From a virus (lineage: Duplodnaviria; Caudoviricetes), in the IMG/VR virus record IMGVR_UViG_3300037512_001279, positions 57,657 to 121,656 of that record: DNA of 64,000 nt, one strand, 5' to 3'. The notes beneath the pieces were generated by a model that saw nothing but the letters and a program-made list of their open reading frames with translations, did no database searches and was not told where the DNA came from. How positions within the stretch are numbered: position 1 is the first letter of the stretch; each line of letters begins with the position of its first letter. A program made the translations under genes and the position numbers. Positions 49,008 to 58,477 of this stretch are shown here, in pieces.

Positions 49008-49303
49008 TCATACTTAGGTAATTCATCAATTGCATCATAGTCGCAGTCCATGTTAATCCAAGTGCAACCCACCTGCCTTGCAAACTTAATGCACCTTGCA
49101 AGATCCTCCGGAACATCATTATCTTCATCTAACACCTGTTCCGTATAGATAAAGTATCCATACAAAGAGCCATCTTCTATTTTCTTGTAATAGAGGTCGT
49201 TTATCTTGTTTGTTTCCATTAAATAGTTCGTCTCTTTGCTGATGTGACAGGTTGACATATATAACATTTTGCAAATTTCTAACATATCATTTTCTCCTTT
49301 CAA
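49001..49303 (-). CDS. hypothetical protein (STCHIS...PEDL..C..FA...GC.W type)
   Basis: Recurrent phage small-protein pattern. Confidence 0.65.
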   Translation of the reverse strand: MKGENDMLEICKMLYMSTCHISKETNYLMETNKINDLYYKKIEDGSLYGYFIYTEQVLDEDNDVPEDLARCIKFARQVGCTWINMDCDYDAIDELPKYEW

Positions 49304-49348
49304 ATGTTACATTCTCTTTTAGATTAAAAGGACGGCTGATTGCCGTCC

Positions 49349-49648
49349 TCAATCTTTATACCAAGCTCCCATATTCCAAGTGTCTGCAACATAATTTGTT
49401 TTAGTTTGCTCACTCAACTCAATAATTGTCTGTTCCGTTTTAGTAAGCAAATCATCAAATGTCATGCCATATAATCTTGCCTCGTCAGGATCACCAGTTC
49501 TGTCGTCATCCGGAATATCAATATCCTTTTCATCAAGCATGTCCTCAAAATAGTTAAGAATTGACATAGCAACTTCCTTTGTGTAAACAATCATTTCTTT
49601 TCTCCCTTCATTAAAATCTATAATTATAATTACATGGATGCACTCCAT
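49349..49648 (-). CDS. hypothetical acidic protein
   Basis: FEDMLDEKDIDIPDDDR..ARLYG. Confidence 0.6.
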   Translation of the reverse strand: MECIHVIIIIDFNEGRKEMIVYTKEVAMSILNYFEDMLDEKDIDIPDDDRTGDPDEARLYGMTFDDLLTKTEQTIIELSEQTKTNYVADTWNMGAWYKD

Positions 49649-49937
49649 AGATTGCCTGTTCTTTATCAGCTAAGAATCCGTGTAGTCCGAAAGAATAATG
49701 CTCTTTGTAATAATCAATTACGTCGAGCAATTCTTCTTCACAATAGTTATTGTACGACTCACAGATAAAACCAATGCTTCCGTTATGCACAAGCCATGAC
49801 TGGCTCACAAAATATCCGGACGGGCATTTCTCTTGATAAATACCAAACCCACCGTATTCCTTAATCAATATGTACTTCTTGTTGTTTAATGAATCTTGAA
49901 CATACATTACTCGCTTCATATCATTATCTCCTTTCAA
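49611..49937 (-). CDS. hypothetical protein
   Basis: RBS, packing. Confidence 0.6.
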   Translation of the reverse strand: MKGDNDMKRVMYVQDSLNNKKYILIKEYGGFGIYQEKCPSGYFVSQSWLVHNGSIGFICESYNNYCEEELLDVIDYYKEHYSFGLHGFLADKEQAIYGVHPCNYNYRF

Positions 49938-50189
49938 ATGTTCATTTCATTGAGTTAATAAATATAACTTGCGTCTCCTTTTATCTTAAATATTTTCTAA
50001 CAAAATTCCGTTTCTCCTGTTCTGACATATTCATCCATCTGTCTTCATCAAAATTTATAAGCATTCTCTTTATTTGATACATGCCGAATTGTTGAATTAT
50101 GTCGTCACATTCTTCCATCATCAAACTCATTGCATCTACCATTTCATCCGTTACCATGTTAATATCTCCTTTCTAAATCAAAACATTTT

Positions 50190-50456
50190 TCATCTGCAAT
50201 CCATCATCATTTCAACTTCGAGTTGCTCTTCCGCAAGATTATATACAGTTTCCTTTTCATCTTCCGTACAGTCTCTGTAACCATCATCCGCATCTCTATA
50301 TACTTCGTATCCGTTTCCGGAATACATGATATACATATATCCGTCTTCCTTAACTTTTACGTCGCACATACCATAATCATCAAGCTCAAACGTCATATAC
50401 TTTTCATTCCCTTCACCTGACAGGTCATCCCAACGAGCAATGAGTTTAATGTCCAT
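50190..50456 (-). CDS. hypothetical acidic protein
   Basis: GAGGAGG RBS. Confidence 0.6.
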   Translation of the reverse strand: MDIKLIARWDDLSGEGNEKYMTFELDDYGMCDVKVKEDGYMYIMYSGNGYEVYRDADDGYRDCTEDEKETVYNLAEEQLEVEMMMDCR

Positions 50457-50458
50457 AC

Positions 50459-50902
50459 CTATTCCTCCTCATCAGCTTCTACAAAATTATCACATCCACA
50501 ATATTTGCATCCAACAAACTCCCAATTTTCATATGGGTCAAAATGTCTAGCATAAGCATGACCACATTTACATTTACGATTATCACCGAAATCTGGATCA
50601 TATACAATTTTAACTCCGTTCTCAACCTTGTAGAATTCCGTATCAAATAATTCCTCAACCATGCAGAACTGAATCAACCTTATTGGGTCGTTTTCTACAA
50701 TCTTTGCAATTTCTCTTGCAAGTCGTACAATCTCTTGGCAAAACAACTGAGTCATAAGTCCGTTTCCCTCAACTTTTTCAATCTGTTCGTCAGTAATTTT
50801 TGCTGCATTGTTAATCCCAATGCTAAGTAAGTGAGAGATTGCCATGATAAATACTGTTCCGTTTTTGTAATAAAGGTCTACTAATTTTTTGTGCATAATC
50901 AT
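50459..50902 (-). CDS. hypothetical protein with C-terminal CxCGH..H..C..C zinc motif
   Basis: CKCGHAYARHFD..CKYCGC. Confidence 0.65.
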   Translation of the reverse strand: MIMHKKLVDLYYKNGTVFIMAISHLLSIGINNAAKITDEQIEKVEGNGLMTQLFCQEIVRLAREIAKIVENDPIRLIQFCMVEELFDTEFYKVENGVKIVYDPDFGDNRKCKCGHAYARHFDPYENWEFVGCKYCGCDNFVEADEEE

Positions 50903-51043
50903 TCCTCCTTTACTGTTCTATTACTCTTACATTCCACTCGGGATGTACTTCAAGAATACATTCAATCTGTTCCCATCCCTGTAACTGATCGCACCAAAAC
51001 ATTACCCATCCAGTTTCATCAACAATTGCGGTTCGAAATTCCA

Positions 51044-51367
51044 TTATTCACCATTCCTTTCTCTCCATACTAGGCAATCCTTTCTGTTACAGTTGTGACA
51101 TAAACCATGTTCAATGTCATCTATATCCATTGTCATTGGATTCCAAAACTGTGGCCCTACCTCCTCATAGTGTTCACAGTTCACGCAATCATATGCAAAC
51201 CATACGGTAATGTCTTTGTTATCTTTCAACTTCTGTTCATTTGCCTTACATCTTTCGTTCCGTTCTTGTTGCAGCTCCCATTCATGAGCTTCATCTTCTG
51301 CTCGTGATCGGTTGTATTCTGCTACAGAACCATAACATCTTTCAATTCTGCTTAAATCATCATACAT
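51044..51367 (-). CDS. hypothetical protein
   Basis: RBS; Cys motifs. Confidence 0.6.
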   Translation of the reverse strand: MYDDLSRIERCYGSVAEYNRSRAEDEAHEWELQQERNERCKANEQKLKDNKDITVWFAYDCVNCEHYEEVGPQFWNPMTMDIDDIEHGLCHNCNRKDCLVWRERNGE

Positions 51368-51620
51368 ATCTTATTCCTCCTCTACACTAATGATTTCATA
51401 TTCACAATCAATTCCAAGTCCGTACAACTTTATGCATTTCTGTTTTGCCTGATAAACATCGGCAGCATACAAATGACATTCCTGCCTTCTCCATTCATAG
51501 TTGCTCAATGAATCTGCATACCTGAATTTAATGTGGTATCTCTTTTCCATTTCTTTTACCTCCCATCAAAGTTTAGTTTCATTTGTAACAAAGGGCGGCT
51601 GTTACACCGCCCTGCCTTCC

Positions 51621-52298
51621 TTACCAACTAGAATGATAATATACAATCCAATTATCAAAATCCGTTTCCGTCAGTATCTTAATTAACTGGTCAATTGTGT
51701 CAGTAATATCTTTCAAGTACCACTCGTCATATCCCGTACTGCCAAAGAAGAATCCGGAAGCCGTTGGCAACAAAGCTTCTGCAGTAGATGTGTCAGCAAT
51801 AACTTTCCCGTCTATCCAATGTTCAACCTCACCTTCTTCTTTGCTCCAACTCGTTCCGTCATAAATCTTTCCGTTAACAACCCTACTGTCTTTGATAACT
51901 TTAATACATCTGTCAAGAAGTTCTTCTAATTGACTTTTAGTAACCTGATATTCTTCACAGTTATCAATTCCATCCTGTACTTTTTCAACAAACCATTTGT
52001 GAATTGCATTTGCCTTACGCCAATATGCAACATTCTGTAAGATTGTTTCGTACCCATACTCTTGTTCCTTGTCCCATGCAGAATATCTCTTAATGTAATC
52101 TTTACTAATCTCCTCAATCAGATCGTGTCGAACGTAAGTCTCATCACAGCCACACCATTGTTCCGGAGTGCAATCTGTATATTTGTCCATCGGTCGCTTC
52201 ATCCAATCAACGTAATTTCCTGTCTCAATGATCTCCTTTAAAGTTGCGTTTCCGTATCTCTTTACTTTGTACAAATACATATCTAATCCCATACTCAA
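51621..52298 (-). CDS. conserved phage protein (MGLDMYL...YWRKANAIH..W...GFFFGS type)
   Basis: Recognisable recurrent phage motifs. Confidence 0.75.
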   Translation of the reverse strand: MSMGLDMYLYKVKRYGNATLKEIIETGNYVDWMKRPMDKYTDCTPEQWCGCDETYVRHDLIEEISKDYIKRYSAWDKEQEYGYETILQNVAYWRKANAIHKWFVEKVQDGIDNCEEYQVTKSQLEELLDRCIKVIKDSRVVNGKIYDGTSWSKEEGEVEHWIDGKVIADTSTAEALLPTASGFFFGSTGYDEWYLKDITDTIDQLIKILTETDFDNWIVYYHSSW

Positions 52299-52330
52299 TT
52301 CCTCCTTTTCCTATCAATGAAACTATGCCT

Positions 52331-52573
52331 TTATTTGGCCAACTCATCCCACTCATCATTGCTTATGTTTGCAAGCTGCCATTGCGAGTTCTCACTTAAC
52401 GTCTCAAGCACTTCAACAACGGCATCTTCTTTTGTGTATCCTTCCTTGTCCTTGCCTTCCTTCTGCATCCATTTCCATTTTGCGTTTACAAGAACAGGCA
52501 AATCTTCCTTCTTGTTTTTGCAAGCACAAAGTCTGTTATAAATATCTTCAGGCACAAAACTTAACCAGCTCAT
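52331..52573 (-). CDS. hypothetical protein, tandem paralog
   Basis: Similar to 52638-52904 (YT..A...VL..L..N.Q.QLANIS..EW.EL). Confidence 0.7.
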   Translation of the reverse strand: MSWLSFVPEDIYNRLCACKNKKEDLPVLVNAKWKWMQKEGKDKEGYTKEDAVVEVLETLSENSQWQLANISNDEWDELAK

Positions 52574-52637
52574 ATTTCTCCTTTCTGAAAATAAAAGTGA
52601 GCTAAATTTCTCAGCCCACTTTTATTTCCGTTACCCG

Positions 52638-52904
52638 TTAATCTTCATTTGTTAATTCTTCCCATTCTGCACTTGAAATGTTTGCAAGTTGCTGTTGATA
52701 ATTCGCCATCAGTACGTCGAGTACGTCGATTAGTGCTTCCGTTCTAGTGTAATTAGGATTCTGTTGCTTCATGTATTTATATCTAGTATGCACCAGGATT
52801 TTCAAGTCTGCCTTGGTGTTTCTGTATTCAATCAGTCGTTGTTCAACTTCAACAGGTAACCACTTTGTCCAACTTAATCTCATTGTTTTTTCCTCCTTAT
52901 ACAT
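52638..52904 (-). CDS. hypothetical protein, tandem paralog
   Basis: Similar to 52331-52573. Confidence 0.7.
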   Translation of the reverse strand: MYKEEKTMRLSWTKWLPVEVEQRLIEYRNTKADLKILVHTRYKYMKQQNPNYTRTEALIDVLDVLMANYQQQLANISSAEWEELTNED

Positions 52905-52942
52905 TTATATTCTCCATTTGAAAGAAAAAGTGAGCTGTTTTA

Positions 52943-53581
52943 TCAGCCCACTTGTTTCCACCTCGTTTGACGTATGATTCCATCTGATACGTAAACATGC
53001 GTTTCATCCGGATTCAACGAATATCTTTTACACAACTCTTCCTTAAGAGTCCCTTTATTATTTAGTTCCCATAACTCGTCGTCTAAAATAAAATCTACAT
53101 AATCATCTTCGTTATCTTGTACATAAATTTCTGCCATTTTTCCAAAGTAAATTGATTCAACATAATTCAAATCAACCGTTCCGTCATCAACGTAAATGCA
53201 ATTATTCCAATCTCCCTGGCAATATCCACGAATCGTTGCTAAATCGAATTTCGTTTCAGGATGCAAAATTCGTACAACCTTTAAGATAAAATCGCTGTCG
53301 TCAGAATTTCTGCAATTGTCGTATGCCTTAATGATTTCCATTACTTGTTCGTGTGAAAGTTTACTCCAATCGTAATCATAATCTCCCCAATAATCTTCCA
53401 CGGTTCCGTAATAGTCCATATCTGATATGTAATTGATTGCTTCGGTAAACCACTTTGCATTTTCAAATTCCTTGTAGTCTCTATTGTCTCGTACTACTAC
53501 TTTTTGTAAATCAATGTATTCTTCAAACTCTACAAAATCAGGACATTCTTGCGTGTTAATTCTAATCTCGCTCATAATCAA
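52943..53581 (-). CDS. hypothetical acidic protein (IRGYCQGDW motif)
   Basis: 212 aa ORF. Confidence 0.7.
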   Translation of the reverse strand: MIMSEIRINTQECPDFVEFEEYIDLQKVVVRDNRDYKEFENAKWFTEAINYISDMDYYGTVEDYWGDYDYDWSKLSHEQVMEIIKAYDNCRNSDDSDFILKVVRILHPETKFDLATIRGYCQGDWNNCIYVDDGTVDLNYVESIYFGKMAEIYVQDNEDDYVDFILDDELWELNNKGTLKEELCKRYSLNPDETHVYVSDGIIRQTRWKQVG

Positions 53582-53961
53582 TCCTCCTCATCGTCGTCAT
53601 CGTCGGTTTCCATTTCAATCTCAAAGTACTCCTTCTCGTAGTCTTCCATTTCAAGATCATCAATGGCATACTCAAGCCCGTCATAGTCAAGGTTATCCTT
53701 GAATCTAGTGGCAATCTCACTCATGCGTTCCCTTGAAATATATTCAGGATCAATTTTGGAATACAAATACTCAGACGCTTCCATTAAAGCAAAAACGTTG
53801 TCACTTTCGTAATGCGTGGTTGCATTGAAATAATGACCATATGCCCAAGTTCCATCTTCTTCGTTATAGTAGGACGCCACGACGTAGTTCGTCAGCAATT
53901 CACCTTCGATTTTGATAAGTGCATAAGTTCCAACTCGTAACAAAACCTCTCTGTTTTCCAT
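53578..53961 (-). CDS. hypothetical acidic protein (W..GHYF motif)
   Basis: RBS; acidic tail. Confidence 0.7.
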   Translation of the reverse strand: MENREVLLRVGTYALIKIEGELLTNYVVASYYNEEDGTWAYGHYFNATTHYESDNVFALMEASEYLYSKIDPEYISRERMSEIATRFKDNLDYDGLEYAIDDLEMEDYEKEYFEIEMETDDDDDEED

Positions 53962-53962
53962 G

Positions 53963-54235
53963 TTAATTCTCCTCTCTTACTAATCTGCCTAACGGCATCT
54001 CATCAGCATCACAAACAATCTCACACCAACCTTCACCCGTCCAATCTAGGCGAATGATTCCTGCATATTCAGGCTTGATAAAACATAACCTTCGCGTCAG
54101 AAAATTTATGATCTCTCTGTCATTTTCAGGAATCTTAAGTCCACACCATTCAACACATACGTCGTTTACGTCCCAACCATCTTCTTCGTTTCCCCATACG
54201 TCAAAGTAATTCCATAACGTCCACGTTCCTTCCAT
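53963..54235 (-). CDS. hypothetical protein (DVWGNEEDGWDVND motif)
   Basis: RBS; recurrent phage motif. Confidence 0.7.
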   Translation of the reverse strand: MEGTWTLWNYFDVWGNEEDGWDVNDVCVEWCGLKIPENDREIINFLTRRLCFIKPEYAGIIRLDWTGEGWCEIVCDADEMPLGRLVREEN

Positions 54236-54250
54236 TTGCGTTACCCCCTT

Positions 54251-54631
54251 TTACCATTCAATGTTTAGGTTGTCTGTTGCAATAAGTCTGTGTCTAAGAA
54301 CTTCCTTTACGTCATCTTTTGCCATGTATCTCCAATCCTTTTGATATCCCCACGAACCGTCTGCTCCAAATTCTTCAGGCCCATAGTAATCAATGCAATC
54401 AATTGCAAAGTGGATTGGATTAAAATTTTCTTCCGTCATCCCACCAAACTTCATTACGGCATCCTTATCAATCCATTTGTCGGTTATGTCAACCGTAAGC
54501 TCTGCGCATTGATACAAATCATCCTCGTCATAAGGTCGCAAATAAATAACGTTATATTCCGTGTCGGTTCTTTCTTCAATAAGGCATCCACCGTATTCCA
54601 AAAAGTTTACATCTCCATAATTGATATACAT
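54251..54631 (-). CDS. hypothetical protein (NYGDVNF.EYGG motif)
   Basis: RBS. Confidence 0.7.
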   Translation of the reverse strand: MYINYGDVNFLEYGGCLIEERTDTEYNVIYLRPYDEDDLYQCAELTVDITDKWIDKDAVMKFGGMTEENFNPIHFAIDCIDYYGPEEFGADGSWGYQKDWRYMAKDDVKEVLRHRLIATDNLNIEW

Positions 54632-54931
54632 GGCATTTACCTTCCTTTCTATATCTCAACCAACTCTGCAAGTTCTTCCATGAAGTCTTCATAAATTGCT
54701 CACGGCTGGAAACCCCTTTGCTTTAGCAGAGGGGAGGAAAGCCGCCCTCCCTAATTCCTCACGCCGTCTAAACTGCGTGTTTCCTGAACTCAAGTGAACT
54801 GCTCACGAGGCTAAAGCCTCGGAGCTTCTTGCTTCGCCCTTTACTGCCTAATATCAACCGAAGTTAATTTAGGTCTTACACAAAGTCCACAAGCGTAAAT
54901 TCGGGCTATTCCATCCCTATTTTATTTGCTC

Positions 54932-56026
54932 TTATGCTATTTTTAGCATTTCTATTCCTTTATTCTTTATATTTATGGCTGCATTATAATCTCTATCTAT
55001 CACATTCCCACAAGAACACTTATATATTCTTTCAGAAAGTAATAATTTGTGTTGATTACCACACTTACAACAAGTCTGTGATGATGGAAACCATTTATCT
55101 ACTTTGATAAAATATTTTCCTCTGTCATTTAGTTTATATTCTAACATATTAAGGAACATACCATATCCATTATCTAAAGTAGCTTTACCATTTCCAAAAC
55201 CTTTGTTAGACATAGATTTCATATCTAATGTTTCTACACAAACCGCATCATACAGATTGGCTATCTCTGTTGATTTCTTATGTAGAAAGTCTAATCGTTG
55301 ATTTGATGTGTGTTTTTGTAACTTTGCAACCTTTAATCTTGCTTTATCTCTATTTTTACTACCTTTTTGTTTTCTACTTAATTGTCTTTGTAATCTTGCA
55401 AGTTTCTTTTGTGATTTACGATAGTATTTAGGACTACCACAAACATTACCCTCACTATCTGCATATAAACCATCTGATTTATAATCTAAACCTATAACTT
55501 TATCAACTGACTGCATTTTTTGAATATCTTTATCATAAACAAAAAGAACTGAAACATAAAACTTACCATCACTATCTTGCGATACCGTTGCTGATTTGAG
55601 TTTCCAATCCACTTTTGGTTGTTTATGTATGACTGCTTTTACTTTGCCTATTTTTGGTAGTTTAATAGCATTATTTAAAATGGCAACTGTACCATTTTGA
55701 TTGTTTGTTGTATAAGTTCTCCTACTTGTTTTTGCACTCTTGTATTTTGGAAATCCTATACGCTTATCCCTAAAAAAATTAGCATAAGCTGTTTGTAAGT
55801 GCATTTGAACATTTGCAAGTGCAAGACTATCTACTTCTTTTAAGTATGGATAATCTTTTTTATATTGTGCAGGAGTTGTTTGTAATGATGTTTTGTTCGC
55901 TTGATAATATGCTATCTTATCAGCAAGCATCAAATTCCAAACTTTACGACAACAACCAAAAGTTTGTGCAAATTTTTGTTTCTGTTCTTCATTCGGATAA
56001 AGTCTGTATTTTATTGCCTTGTTCAT
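54932..56026 (-). CDS. tnpB: RNA-guided endonuclease TnpB
   Basis: GLDYK, VETL, DRDYNAAINI; start MNKAIKYRLYP overlapping the tnpA remnant stop. Confidence 0.92.
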   Translation of the reverse strand: MNKAIKYRLYPNEEQKQKFAQTFGCCRKVWNLMLADKIAYYQANKTSLQTTPAQYKKDYPYLKEVDSLALANVQMHLQTAYANFFRDKRIGFPKYKSAKTSRRTYTTNNQNGTVAILNNAIKLPKIGKVKAVIHKQPKVDWKLKSATVSQDSDGKFYVSVLFVYDKDIQKMQSVDKVIGLDYKSDGLYADSEGNVCGSPKYYRKSQKKLARLQRQLSRKQKGSKNRDKARLKVAKLQKHTSNQRLDFLHKKSTEIANLYDAVCVETLDMKSMSNKGFGNGKATLDNGYGMFLNMLEYKLNDRGKYFIKVDKWFPSSQTCCKCGNQHKLLLSERIYKCSCGNVIDRDYNAAINIKNKGIEMLKIA

Positions 56027-56187
56027 CAATCTTTCCTTCCAAGTTTTTGACAAATTTCATTTGATAATCTCTTTACATCATCTGCTATGTTTTTACTAAC
56101 AAGTAAGTGTTTTCTATATTTACATACATATATCAAATGATATTGTAGTAAGTATTTATTATGACTTGCAGAGTTCCAACCACTCAT
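56026..56187 (-). pseudogene. tnpA: truncated IS200 Y1 transposase
   Basis: MSGWNSASHNKYLLQYHLIYVCKYRK... 53 aa; HUH and catalytic Tyr missing. Confidence 0.8.
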
Positions 56188-56661
56188 AAGTTATCACCTC
56201 CTGTTAGTATATCAAAATCTAAACTAACAAAAGGTATAACTAAAAAAATTAGTGAAGCAATTCATCTCACGAACCTAAAGGTTCGGAGAGTTCTTGCTAT
56301 GTAAGGGCTATTAAACTTGGGATATAACAGCCGAAGGCTGTCAAAATCCCCGATGCTTTAGCATCGTGGGTAGTTTAAAGGTTCCGTTGCTGTTCCTGTA
56401 AATACTTCTCAGTTCCTTTGTCGTAAGATACCGAGGCCATGCGTAATAGCTGTCAGGATATACAATCTTAATGACTTTCATTGTGCCTGTTGTCATGTCG
56501 TAATCCTCGTCATGCATAAATACGTTTCCAACCTTAATTGAAAACTCGTTTGGAGTCATGCTTTCAATAACAGACGTATATCCCATTTGCTTTACTCGTT
56601 TGTTGATTGCGTCATTCATTTTCTTCGTTACCGCAACTAACATCCAATCACCTCCTTCTTC

Positions 56662-57024
56662 TTATAACCTTACAAGCTGATTCTTCCAATAGCTTGATTC
56701 ATACCACTCCCTACTGTTCTCGTACAGTTTTGCCTTCAAACTTTTCGCAAAATTCAAACCGTCCTTCTCAAGCTTTTCAAGTTCTTCACGATTTATTCCA
56801 TAGTACGAATCGTCATTGCACGAGCATCCACTTCCATTTTTGCAGCAAGGTATGTATGCAAACGTGAAATGTACGCCGCCAAAGTCTCCGCTATTTACCA
56901 CAAGCACGTTGTCTCTTGGCGTGATAACATAACCAAATGTGTCGTAGCCATTCACGGCATATGCCTTGTATCCATCATAGGTCGCAATTTCTTCTAAGAA
57001 CCTCGTTACGAAACTCTTTTCCAT
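56662..57024 (-). CDS. hypothetical protein
   Basis: AAAGGAG RBS; Y.P...NGSGC. Confidence 0.65.
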   Translation of the reverse strand: MEKSFVTRFLEEIATYDGYKAYAVNGYDTFGYVITPRDNVLVVNSGDFGGVHFTFAYIPCCKNGSGCSCNDDSYYGINREELEKLEKDGLNFAKSLKAKLYENSREWYESSYWKNQLVRL

Positions 57025-57039
57025 TTGCGTGTCTCCTTT

Positions 57040-57276
57040 CTAATATTTAATGCTTCCTAAACTGTTTGCTACCTTGTGTTCAAAGTCTTGCATTTGCTTG
57101 AGCAACCTCTTTGCCAATGGCCCATTGATTGTCTTAGAATTTGTTGGTATGCTGATTGTGTCCTTTATTACTACTTCCCTTTCATAGACAACGTGGGAAG
57201 AACCGCTACTTCTTACCTTCTTGTAGTCATACTTTTCTAATGCCTTTTGCATTTCCCTTGTGTCCATGTTCTGCAT
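57040..57276 (-). CDS. HicA-like (dsRBD-fold) mRNA interferase
   Basis: RE..KAL...Y..VR..GSSHVVY...ISIP. Confidence 0.6.
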   Translation of the reverse strand: MQNMDTREMQKALEKYDYKKVRSSGSSHVVYEREVVIKDTISIPTNSKTINGPLAKRLLKQMQDFEHKVANSLGSIKY

Positions 57277-57310
57277 AATCTCACCTACCTTTCTAGTAAA
57301 GAGAAGTGGC

Positions 57311-58168
57311 TTACGCCACCTCTCCCTTGAATACGTATGCATGGTTACTAAGCTGTTCCTGTGCGTCAACCGTTTCAGTATTTACTTCTCCAACCATTCC
57401 GGTAAGATTTTCCTCGTCGTCCGTGGTTCCTACAACGATTACCTCGTGGATGCTCGACGGAAGAACGGTGTATCCGTTCGGGAACTGTCTGCACAACTCC
57501 CTCTTTGCGTTCAAAACAGAAATGGCTCCGTACGTTCTTTCCGTGTTGGTGATGGCAAGCATCTTCGGCTCGTCATATCCAAATCCCAACAATTCTGGAT
57601 CATCAACGCCAATCAGCTCCGCCAACATTTGAGCCGTGGACTTAATAACAATGTCTTCCTTTACGTTTTCCATTGCCTGTCTGATTACTTCTGCCTTTGT
57701 TACTCCCCACTTTTCAATAAACTCAGGCCTTACAAGGATGCTTCCCTTGCCCTTGTCTCCAAGGTCTACCTTGATTCTTGCGGTAATGATGAGATCGTCA
57801 AATCCATACTTCTTTGCGGATTGATGTACGGGAAATGCTTCTGCGTTACACTCGTTGTAAAGGCAGGCCACGAGTTTTCCCTTTACCTGCTCGTAATCCT
57901 GAACCCATTCAATGTCGATGTTTACCTTGTTTTGGTAATAAATCTCAATGGCTCTGTTTGCCGCGTCATATGCGTCAACTTCCTTGTCGTACCACTCGTC
58001 AACGTACAGATTTGGAGATGCGTTTACTCCTTCCTCACGGATGTTGATTCCGGTAAGTACGACTCCGTTGGGCTTGTTAACTTCCTGTACTTCTGCTCGA
58101 ACGGCATATCCCTTTGCGTTGATCTCGTTTGCGATTTCCTGTGCATACTCTCTCTTGTTCATCTTCAT
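57311..58168 (-). CDS. DUF5688-like protein
   Basis: V.KPNGV.LTGI, SPNLY, TN....GA, VLPSSIHEVI, V.EVN...V..E.LS..Y. Confidence 0.8.
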   Translation of the reverse strand: MKMNKREYAQEIANEINAKGYAVRAEVQEVNKPNGVVLTGINIREEGVNASPNLYVDEWYDKEVDAYDAANRAIEIYYQNKVNIDIEWVQDYEQVKGKLVACLYNECNAEAFPVHQSAKKYGFDDLIITARIKVDLGDKGKGSILVRPEFIEKWGVTKAEVIRQAMENVKEDIVIKSTAQMLAELIGVDDPELLGFGYDEPKMLAITNTERTYGAISVLNAKRELCRQFPNGYTVLPSSIHEVIVVGTTDDEENLTGMVGEVNTETVDAQEQLSNHAYVFKGEVA

Positions 58169-58285
58169 AGTTTGTTCTCCTTTCAAAATTAGGGTTAATA
58201 GTTTCCACGGCTCTCGTTTAAGGTCGTTTTCCGTTGACCGTGTGACCATAATTTAATTCTCTTTTGCCACTAAAAAAGAGTGGAA

Positions 58286-58477
58286 TTATTCATCCCACTC
58301 TTCTTCGGGGTAAGGGTCTGCGTAGCTTTCCCTTTCCTCTCGTTCCCATTCTTCGTCACATGGGGCTTTTTCCCAATCTCCGTGTCCCCATTCGTTGAAA
58401 CAACAATGTTCTTTTCCGTTCCAAAAAGGATCTTCCGTAACGTCAAAGTAACAACATCTCTTACACTCGTCCATCAC
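58286..58477 (-). CDS. small Cys-rich acidic protein
   Basis: Coupled start. Confidence 0.55.
   Translation of the reverse strand: MMDECKRCCYFDVTEDPFWNGKEHCCFNEWGHGDWEKAPCDEEWEREERESYADPYPEEEWDE

Larger units (their letters stand above)
54794..56310 (-). mobile_element. IS200/IS605 element with deleted tnpA and intact tnpB
   Basis: TTTAA target motif, left-end hairpin 56265-56290, right end ...GCAGTTCAC. Confidence 0.8.
54693..56378 (+). mobile_element. IS605-derived MITE (left end + tnpB tail/omegaRNA + right end) hosting a nested IS
   Basis: TCAT then AAATTGCTCACGG left end (like the 423-aa family); TPSKLRVS* tail; right-end hairpin ending GTTTAA; ORF restoration. Confidence 0.75.
54649..56643 (-). 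pseudogene. phage gene interrupted by the nested IS pair
   Basis: Removing 54693-56378 gives ...RSIYRNSNGT|YEDFMEELAELVEI* in frame. Confidence 0.75.

Noticed and set aside
13555-56026. TnpBs as nuclease-dead TldR repressors or Cas12f with a CRISPR array
   Set aside because: RuvC acidic residues are present (repositioned Glu in the 423-aa type), IS ends are intact, and I saw no repeat-spacer array
57260-58192. 310-aa plus-strand ORF and other plus-strand ORFs overlapping minus-strand genes
   Set aside because: Antisense shadows of well-supported genes; no RBS or recognisable motifs
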